A stretch of DNA of 64,000 nt. Source: the human T2T-CHM13v2.0 reference genome, Homo sapiens. The position numbers were made by a program, and so were the translations under genes. The stretch lies in the NCBI RefSeq assembly GCF_009914755.1, contig NC_060935.1; one strand, 5' to 3'. Positions 54,828 through 64,000 of this stretch are shown here, in pieces (position 1 is the first letter of the stretch; each line of letters begins with the position of its first letter). Under the pieces are notes generated by a model. That model worked only from the letters and a program-made list of their open reading frames with translations. It had not been told where the DNA came from and ran no database searches.

Positions 54828-56597
54828 GAAAGAAAGAAGGTGGTGTTCTATAATAATACTGTAAAGTTTCATTCTCTTGTATTTGTCCAATATTGTTTCC
54901 TCAAATAAACAGTCCCTGCAAAAGAGCTATTATACAGTGGTTGTGGAAACAAACACAAAAATACTCAGCCTGATATGGGGTCCATGATCCCTAGATTTCC
55001 AGCTAATACTGGAATCAAGTTACTATTCATTTCATGAAATAAAGGAAACATTGGAAGACAGAAATAATTAGGAAGAGTTTGGGTATGAGTGGCATTTCAA
55101 ATGTTATAGGCAAAGCAGAAAGAAAAGTTGAAAACAAAGGTCATGTACAATTGCTACATGGGATTTGATCTTTAATCATCATATCTGCGGTTGATGTGCA
55201 GCAAATATTCAGTTGCTTTTTTAAACAGATGAATTTCTTTTTTGCTGTAGATATCTGTTTAAAATAAAATTGATTAGGATACTTGAAAGGATCATTTATC
55301 AAGAATGATTATGTTCAAAATCTTTCATTTGCCTTCATCCTCATTTTATCATACTATTTCAGAGGTGGAGCCCCTATTCTGCTTTTGTTCCTTGGTTAAT
55401 GCTTACACTCTATATTGCCCTCACTATTTTAAATATTTAGTATTTTATTATTTCATTTTCACTGGTTATTGCTTTTAGCTGTATATGAATGTCACATTAT
55501 AGGGTCTATTTGGCACACTGAGTTAATTACTATTACGAAAATGAGGGCCATTAAGCTGTGGATCACGAGCACATTTTACGTTGTTGGTGCTGTTTGAACC
55601 AAAAAGACTAACTGAAGAATACCCTGATTGTATTCCATATTTCCTTTATTTATTCAGTTTTTGAAAATCTACGGATTATCTTGGGTGTGTCTAAGAAACG
55701 GAAAAGAACTCTTACCTAACTCTATGTTTGAAAACTCACTACAGGTAGTCATAAAAGCTTGGCATCTTTCACAAGAACAGGCAACCTTATATTAAAAATG
55801 AATCCACAATTAAAACAACAATGATATATTGCTACAGATATCAAAATGGCTAAAATCCAAATAAATAAAAATTAATAAAAACAATACCAATTCTGGTGAA
55901 GATACAGATTGATGGGAACTCTCATTGACAGTGAGAATTCAACATGGTATAGCCATTTTGGAAGGCAGTTTTGCAGTTTCTTACAAAGCTAAACACAATT
56001 TTGTCATATGATCAAACAGTAGGTCTTCTAGGCATTTACCTAACTGATTTGAAAACTTATATCCACACAAAAACTACCATATAAGCGTTTACCAGAGATT
56101 TAGTAATAATAACCCCAAACTGGAAACAACAAATGTCCTTCAATAAGTGATTAAACTATGGAATTCTATACAATGGAATACTATTCAGTGATAAAAAAGA
56201 ATGAATTACCAATACCAAACTACACAAACATATTAATGGATTCTATATACAAATGGCTAATTGAAAAAAAGATGATAGTTTGAACAGACTACATGCTATA
56301 TGATTTTCTTTATATAACAACTGGAAAGAGAAAAGCTGTGGAGACTATAAACAGATCAGTGATTGCCAGGGTCAGGGAGAAGGTTGAATGGGTAAATGAA
56401 GCAAAGGACATTTTTTAGGGCATTGAAACTACTTTGTATGATACTATAATCATGGATGCAAGATATTACACATTTATCAAAATCAACTAGAACTTTCCAG
56501 CATGGAGTAAACCATAATGTTTGCATATTTAAAAAATATATAGTAGTAGGTCAGAGGATCTGAGGACAAAAAGCAGAATATGACAAAGAATCTAACT

Positions 56598-56606
<9 letters not shown>

Positions 56607-56635
<29 letters not shown>

Positions 56636-56917
56636 TTGAGATGGAGTTTCACCTTGTCTCCCAGGCTGCAGTGCAGTGAAGCTATCTCAGCTCACTGCCA
56701 TCTCTGCCTCCGGGTTCAAGAAATTCTCCTGCCTCAGACTCCCGAGTAGCTGGGATTACAGATGTGTGCCACCATGACCAGCTAATTTTTCTATTTTTAG
56801 TAGAGGTGGGTTTCACCATGTTGGCCAGGCTGGTCTCAAATTCCCAACCTCAGGTGATCCGCCTGCCTCGGCCTCCCAAACTGCTGGGATAACAGGCGTG
56901 AGCCACCGCGCCCAGCC
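56607..56917 (-). mobile_element. AluS SINE with (TAA)n tail
   Basis: TSD TGTATTATTA at 56597-56606 and 56918-56927; reverse Alu body. Confidence 0.97.
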
Positions 56918-58305
56918 TGTATTATTAATAGGAAGCAACTTCACTTAGGGGAGTTAGGGGATAAACAGACTTAAATAACTTCAGAAATGAGTCTGCAAAA
57001 CTAAAGGCAAAAAATACTGTACTTAAGCACTGCACTCTAGTTAATAATATTTTTTCCCATGTCAGCACTCCTAAAATCCATAAACATGTATACTGGAACA
57101 ACTAAGTCCATGGAAGGCAGATGGTGGAGGCCAGGTTTCTCACTGTTGGTGTGGGAGATTACAATAAGCAAGAGAAGAAGTTTAGAATGATCCATGTGAT
57201 AATGGATTAGAATTTGAGACACACACATGTGTGTGTGTTTGGGTGGGTGTGTGTATACTTCTGCAGATATACTAATACCTATTTCATTTCTCTAACAGCT
57301 GAGAAGGATTAGAATCTATGTGTCTGAGTAGCAACCAACACACAAAGTATCAACATTTCGGTTTCTAATACCATTTATACCATTTTCTACTCAAAGCAAC
57401 CAGGGCTGTTTAGAGAGAAGCCTAATTCTAGGACTGGGCCAAGAAATATATAAATCATTCTAGAGTATCCTGTAGTGCCAGAAAGTAAGCGAGTGCTAAA
57501 ACAAACAAACCAAAACCAAAACAAAACCAGAAAGAATATGAGAGTCTGGTGTGTCAAAGAGATGTAGGAGCCAACTGGGATAGTTCCCAGTAACCAAAAC
57601 TGGGACAATTTCAGCAGATAAGTAAGTAAGTAAGTAAGTAAATAAATAAATAAATATTGGGTTATAGTCCAAATAAATGAATATTCATAAGTCCATATTG
57701 ATATAGATAAAAGATTAAATAAATAATGAATCAGGAAAATTGATCAATCTTTATGTAGATTAATTTCAAATAATTTATGTAGATACTTCATCCTCAAGGA
57801 GGTGTGAAATAAATATCTCTTTTCTTAAGTATTCGCTGTGCATACTGACTTGTTTCCAAAGAGTACAGAATGGGAAATGGGGGCCAAAAGAGAAGTGATT
57901 TCATGGTGGAGAAAACTGGTAAACATTTCCTCAGCCATGTAATAATCATGATCAATATTAGCAGAGATAAGTCATGTTGATGATATTACCCTTGGTATGA
58001 TGAGAATGACAGCTCAGCTTTGTGGTTTTCCTCCCCAAAACCTATAACCCCGGTCTAATCATTAGAGAAATATGAAGAGATATTTTCTAAGGGATATTTA
58101 TTAAAAGAAAAGAAGCCTTGACTAGTACTCCTCAAAACTTTCGAAGTCATCAAAACTTAGGAAAATTAGGGAAACTTTTGCACAGAAAGAGGAGACTAAG
58201 GAGATATGATAACTAAATGTAATGAGGTATATTGGATAGGATCTCATAAGAGAAAAAGAGCATTACATAAATACTAAGGAAATGTCAGTCAAGTATGTGT
58301 GTTAG

Positions 58306-58888
58306 TGATAATGCTCAGGACATTTCATCCCCAGAATATAACTGCTGGAGATCAGAATATGCCACTCCAAAGTATGCCTCCTTGGCATACTAGTTATTTT
58401 GAGTTGGTTATTTTGAAAAACTGCAGACACAGGACTGGCTCTGAGAAGTTGCCCTTTTGTAAGAAAAATGTGTGTTTGCATAAGAAATACCTGTTTGTAA
58501 GAGTGTCTCTCTCTCTCTGCACCATGAAGAGGACAACTAAATTACTAGAGACTCATAATCAATAAAGCAGGCATTGACTAAAATCTGCATATCAAATCTT
58601 ACCTTTGTTTAAGCTGTTTTTCTGGCCATCTTATCTTAACTGAGCCTTCCTTGCACTTTTTTTTCCTTTCTATTAAAAAGCAATGATGTTGAAACCTAAA
58701 GTTTAATTTTATTTTCTTTGAGATCTGCTCTAGACATTTACATATTTCTCTGAGTTATCAGTCATATACAGGGAATATACATGTTAATAAACTTTTTTAC
58801 TCCTGTTGATCTGTCTTTCATTACAGGAAGTCTTAGTTAAGAACTATTAAGTCCACAGAAAAAAATAAATTATCTTTTCTCCTCTACA
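58306..58888 (+). mobile_element. MER34-family ERV1 solo LTR
   Basis: GGAGATCAGAATATGCCACTCCAAAGTATGCCTCCTTGGCAT; ends TTTTCTCCTCTACA; TSD TTAG/TTCG; inserted in L1MD. Confidence 0.85.
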
Positions 58889-58999
58889 TTCGTTACAAAT
58901 AAAATATAAATATTAGTTTATTAACTGTGGTACATGTTTCATACTACCATAAGATGTTAATAGGAAAAACTGGTTATGAATACATGAGAATTAGACTAA

Positions 59000-59870
59000 G
59001 CATAGCATTCTGAATACTTGAATAAAATATGATGAGGGCCTGAAAATAAGACTACAGTGAAGATTATCAACAGGAGTGAAATATTTAAAAACATACTGGC
59101 ATTAAAATATATAGGACTTAGTAATTGATTAAATATTTATTGGTAGAGGAAATGGTTTCTTACCTTGCTTATAGGTGTAGATGATCTTGCCATTTACCTG
59201 GATTCTTAATAAAATGGGAAGTGCAGATTTAAAGCTGGGAAATACTGAGCTCAACAATGTACATGTTGAGCTTTAGATGTCTATAATACCCTTAGGTGAA
59301 AAATATCTAAAATTTAGGGAAGATGACCGAGCTAAAAGTAAATCTGTGATTCATTCTTGCATGGATGACATTTTAAGATATGGGAAAGGAAATAATCACT
59401 CAACAACTATGGATGTAATAATGAGTTATAAGACAAGGAAGCATGTCTGAGTAGCATGTACTTTTTTAAGGGGAAAGAGGAAGTACAGGCTGAAAAGAAT
59501 GAAAGGCAAATTATAAATTTTGGGAAACGGTGGGAAAGAAGGAAAGCAAAACATCTCCAGAAAGAGAGTGGTCAGCAGTGGCAATGCATTAGGAAGTTTA
59601 AATGTGACTGGTACTAAACTCTTTTCTTTTAATGATAGTAATAGTTACATTTAATGAAGTAGTAGAAACCCCAGCGTTACGGCAGTGAGTTGTGAATTGG
59701 TTAGTAGAAGAGGAAAATTAGACAATTATTGTCAAATCTGTTTTCTGACAATGTAAACCTAGGAAAAGGAGAAAGAATGGTAGAGAGCTTGGAAAAGACA
59801 AAAATTTGAGGAGGAGTGTGTGTCTTTCCATTTGTGGATATGTGTTTTAAGGCTGGAGAAACTGTTTATG
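59000..59870 (-). mobile_element. L2 fragments
   Basis: ATAGGACTTAGTAATTGATTAAAT, ACATGTTGAGCTTTAGATGTCT, AGAGTGGTCAGCAGTGGCAATGC. Confidence 0.6.
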
Positions 59871-59915
59871 GAAATTCAATTCACTTTATGCCCAATGTAC
59901 ATGAAGAATGCATAT

Positions 59916-60431
59916 TGCCTTAGTTAGCTTTTGCAGCATAACAAATCAGCCCACAATTTATTCACTTAAAATAAAATAGCATGTATTCTTTCTTACAATT
60001 CCAAGGGTTAGAGCTCGGTGGTTCTTCTGGTCTGGGCAGCCTCAGTTTATCTCTGCAGTACCCATGACGCACTTGATGGTGTTATTTGGCCTTACTCACA
60101 TTGCTTGTGATTGATGCCTTGTTAGCAAAGGCAATGGGAATGACTTGGTCATGTCTCTGATCATCCAGAAGGCTAGCTTAGGCTCTTTCATGTAGTTGTA
60201 GGCTTTTTAGGTACAGGAAGAAACAGGAAAATCCCCAGTTTACAAGCACTTTTCATGCCTCTGTTATATTTGCTAATATTTCATTGGACAAAGCAAATCC
60301 CATGAGCCAAGATCAGATTCAAGAGGTGGAAAAGTAGATTCAATCTCTTCAAGAGAGTAGCTGCAAAAGCACATTATACAGAGAGCACGTACAGCAATAA
60401 GAAAAACGTGGGCTCATTTTTTACTCTAACA
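59916..60431 (-). mobile_element. MLT1 (G/H/I-like) MaLR solo LTR
   Basis: TG..CA termini with perfect TSD CATAT (59911-59915, 60432-60436); CATTGGACAAAGCAAATCCCATG..CAGATTCAAGAGGTGG. Confidence 0.85.
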
Positions 60432-60485
60432 CATATTTATATATGTCTGTGACTGTTTCACATGCAAATAGAAGCAATTCTGTTT

Positions 60486-60796
60486 TTTTTTAAATTTACT
60501 TATTTATTTAGACAGGGTCTTGCTTTGTCACCCAAGCTAGAGTGCAGCGGCATCATCATAGCTCACTGAAACATTGAATCCCTGAGATCAAGTGATCTTC
60601 TCACTTCACCCTCCCAAGTAGCTAGGACTACAGGCATGTGTCACCACATCAGGGTAATTTTTTTATTTTTATTTTTTATTTTGTAGAGATAGGGTGTCAC
60701 TAAGTTGGCTGGTTTTGAATTCCTGGCCTCAAGCGATCCTCCTGCCCAGGCCTCCTAAAGTGCTGGGATTACAGGCATGAGCCACCACACCTGGCC
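60486..60796 (-). mobile_element. AluJ SINE
   Basis: GACAGGGTCTTGCT, CATCATAGCTCACTG, CCTGGCCTCAAGCGATCCTCC; TSD A(G/A)CAATTCTGTTT. Confidence 0.94.
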
Positions 60797-61504
60797 AACA
60801 ATTCTGTTTATAGCAAAAGTAAAGTAGACTAAATATTTCTCTGTATCCTCATTTTCAAATACAGTAGCAGTGAAAGAACTGTGTCCTAAACTCATTAGCT
60901 GAACGTAAAAAAACAAAAACAAAAACAAAAAAGAACTTTAAAACTCTGTAAATTAATTTAGTTTTCTTAATATGAAATTAATTAACTTCAAGAAAATCTA
61001 AGCTATTATCAAAGAATATGTGAAATCATTTGAGGTAATCATAATTACTGTAGCCTATTTTTAATATATATGTGAAAAAAGCATCAACATTTTAATCTCT
61101 ATTGTGCCAAAATCTGTTATTGTTCTCTTTGAGAATTCTTTTTTTGGAACACATACATCCCCCAAATGTGTGCAGAGATAGCAATTGGAAGAAGACAATA
61201 CGGTCCAGGATTTATCTACTTTCAATTTATAAGCAGCTTTCCTGATGGTTTTCGGCTCTTTGTAAATTCAGTCTCCATGTTTAAACAAACTCAACAACAG
61301 AAACTAAAATTTTATGTTCCTTTACTCTGTTATGCAGAATTTCTCCAGCCAATGGGTTTTTTTAACTATCATATTCTTTTTAGACTATGGCCAGTAATTA
61401 TTCTAATTTCTTTATAAGTATTTAACATTTCAATAAGTATATCACAATAATATTTAGTACAAATAGCTTCCTTTTTGTGAAATATAAATTGTTCTTTATT
61501 CATG

Positions 61505-62291
61505 TGTTTGGGCTTAAAGAACAATAACCCAAAATATGATGCTTTGTCATGCTGAGCACTTTCAACTTGTCTTAAAGGAAGTTGGAAGCCCCTAGAAGCC
61601 GCCTCATAACCAAGGACTTTCCACCTTTCCCTTGTTTCTCTCCTCCCAAGGGCACTTTCTGTGGAAGTGCCCTTATCTGACTGAGGAAATTTCTTCCAAA
61701 AGAAATGCAATTGTCTTAAAGCCTCCTCCTCAGAAATCTCATCAAATGATCAGGCAATATTAACTAGCAGAGAAGAGAAAAAGACTAAAAGTTGTCACCA
61801 TGCCCAGATAGACTTTTCATGTATTCTTCTGAGGGTACAGTCAAGAGATTACTTGAGAGACTTTATATACATAATAAGACAACCTTTGTTTACAGTGAAG
61901 TTTCACCCCTCACTTTCTCACAATTTGTTGCCATCTGCCCCAGAGCTCAGAGGAACCTTGTCCCTTGCTATTTTCTGTTCCCCATTACCACTTGGTATTC
62001 AAAGAGAATCATTTACAAACCATTGTCTGCTCTTTGGGACCATTCAGTTCTCCTGAAAAATGATTTACTACTCCTTAAAATTGCCTACATTCTCCTATCT
62101 CTGTCTTTCCAATGAAGAAGAGTATATACGATTGTGAACCTGATTGGGTTGTTAGGTAATCATTCTCCCATGATTTCCCCCCATGCATGTTAGTAAATTT
62201 GTATGCCTTTTCTTCTGTTAATCTTTCCATTGTCAGTACATTTCAGCCAACCTTCAGAGGGCAGAAGGGAAGTCTTCCCTTCATACCTATA
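61505..62291 (+). mobile_element. ERV1 solo LTR of the MER34/MER39 group (LTR48-like, ~790 bp)
   Basis: TGTTTGGGCTTAAAGAACAATAACCCAAAATATG start; ends CAACCTTCAGAGGGCAGAAGGGAAGTCTTCCCTT..CCTATA. Confidence 0.85.
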
Positions 62292-62439
62292 GGTGGAACA
62301 CAAAACCATGTATGACATCCGTTTAGGTCATACAGAGTGGTATAAACAATTAATAATAATAGTGATATCATTGCTTTCAATAAGAGTAGCTTTATGAAGG
62401 CAGATAATTATCTGAAATTGTTTTGGCTTGCTAGCATGC

Positions 62440-62844
62440 TGAAAGAGTTTGGATGTTTGTCTTCTGCAAATCTCGTGTTGAAATGTAATCCCCCATTTTG
62501 GAGGTGAGGTCTAGTGGGAGGTCTTTGGATCATGGGAGTAGATCCTTCCTGAATAGCTTGGTGCCCTCCTCTTGGTAATGGGTGAGTTCTCACTCCGAAT
62601 AACGTGAGATCTGGTTGTTTAAAAGAGTGTGGCACCTTCCCCCTCACTATTGCTTGCTCCTGCTCTCACCCTGTGATACACCAGCTCCTTTTGCTTTCTG
62701 CCATTGTTATAAGCTTCCTAAAGCCCTCACCAGAAGCCAAGAGTGTTGGTGCCAGCAGAACTGTGAGCCAATTAAGCCTCTCTTCTTTACGAATTATCTA
62801 GCTTCAGATATTTCTTTATAGACACGTAAGAACGAACTAACACA
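62440..62844 (+). mobile_element. MSTB-like MaLR solo LTR
   Basis: GTTTGGATGTTTGTC..GTTGAAATGTAATCCCC..GAACTGTGAGCCAATTAAGCCTCT..ACTAACACA; perfect TSD CATGC (62435-62439, 62845-62849). Confidence 0.93.
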
Positions 62845-64000
62845 CATGCACAAGGGTTAGCAGGATCACTTTCATCTCTTTTCCCAGCGTGTTTTGTCTT
62901 CCTGTAAATTTTACTTAATGTCACATTCTTTTTTACTACTGTCGTCATTTTTTTGGTTGTGTGTTTAGTTAAACTAAAAAATATAGGTAAGAAATGAGAT
63001 GGAAAGACACAGAGAATAGCAGTGGCCAGCTCATTAAAGAGGATTTGCAGAAAAGGGTTATGTATATGAAGTCATTAATATGAGTCTGACTATTTCCTGA
63101 CTGGTGTAATAGAGATTTTAATAGAACAGCCTAATAGGACACTGAGATCAGGGGAAATAATGCATGGGAGATATGTCATATACAAATATTATTAGTATTT
63201 ATTCTTAGAATAGGCTGGAAAGCCATGATTATTAATTCATTAACATTCTATCCTTTGGTTGGAGGTTTTTGAAAAAGCATTCATTTTGTACTCCTCAGTA
63301 CTAGCATATATTTTTGTCAACATCCTAAATTTACCTATATATTTCTAGCAAAAGTTGTAGACTAAATAAGAATAATACTTAATTAGGTTTATTAAAACTA
63401 GGTATATTTATATCTTTTCCTTGACTAAATTTATAAATCTTAGAATCAAAAATAATTTGAGGTTTATGTAGTCTGTATCTTTGCACTTGGGTAAGTAAAG
63501 TATTTTTTTCTTCTCAATAGGGATGAGGCTCAGAAAGATTCTGTCTGTCTATAGGTGTTACCTAGTAGGAGAATAATGGGAGGACTGTCTCCTGTAGCAG
63601 CGCTTTTCAACATACCAGACAATATGAAGGTGAGACAAGAGAGGAAATCTAATTCCTGGAGCCACAGTGACCTCCTTCCTAGACCTACATTAATACATAT
63701 AGTTTTTTTCTTCTGAATCACTTTCAGATGCTTCTAATGTCAGCTGTATTGCTTTAAAAACAACAACAAAAGGCATTTTTTTTTTCTCTACTTTGACCCC
63801 ATTCTCCTCCATTGAGTTAAATCCATTTTATTGGAAAGGTGACAGTTTGTTCCTTCTGCCAAGATGATGATGTACTGTTGAACAGAGAGTGTCTGTCATT
63901 GATAAGCTTATACAAATACAGTCCTTCTTGGTGGCCGTGTGGTAAATTGCACAGAACTTTGTCACTGCCAGTTAGTGCTGCCTAAGAACTTCCAAAGGAA

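Larger units (their letters stand above)
55775..58990 (+). mobile_element. L1MD-like ORF2 end and long 3' UTR, interrupted by an Alu and an LTR
   Basis: GGAACTCTCATT..GGTATAGCCATTTTGGAAGGCAGTT, GGAAGGCAGATGGTGGAGGCCAGGTTTCTCACTGTTGG, CTAGTACTCCTCAAAACT..GTCATCAAAAC. Confidence 0.88.

Overview
This is AT-rich, CpG-depleted primate genomic DNA, very probably human: it carries AluJ/AluS, L1PA, THE1A and MST elements. It reads as a gene-poor intergenic or deep-intronic region. I cannot support any host protein-coding exon, RNA gene, CpG island or CRISPR array. The only ORF-track entries with recognisable homology are an L1 ORF2 endonuclease fragment and decayed Tigger1 transposase pieces. A large part of the window is transposon-derived: 13 Alus, L1/L2/MIR relics, a full THE1A provirus, several solo LTRs, and the DNA transposons Tigger1, Tigger3a/b, MER2B, MADE1, MER5A, MER20, MER33, MER53 and a Ricksha MULE. 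The most notable structures are: (1) a young L1PA insertion with a 19-bp TSD combining a 5' inversion, about 3 kb of missing internal sequence and a probable 20-nt 3' transduction; (2) a ~410-bp LTR-derived unit with the same LTR terminus at both ends and an internal ~160-bp foldback; (3) a Ricksha MULE carrying ERVL/MLT2B cargo; (4) Tigger3b and full-length Tigger1 joined through one TA; (5) a multi-layer nested transposon stack; (6) a compound ATTCT/GTTCT pentanucleotide repeat in an Alu tail; (7) a few unique, CpG-retaining segments that may be regulatory or non-coding exons. I found no convincing new biological system. Repeat family names come from recalled consensus sequences and need confirmation with RepeatMasker/Dfam. 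Boundaries of old repeats are approximate.
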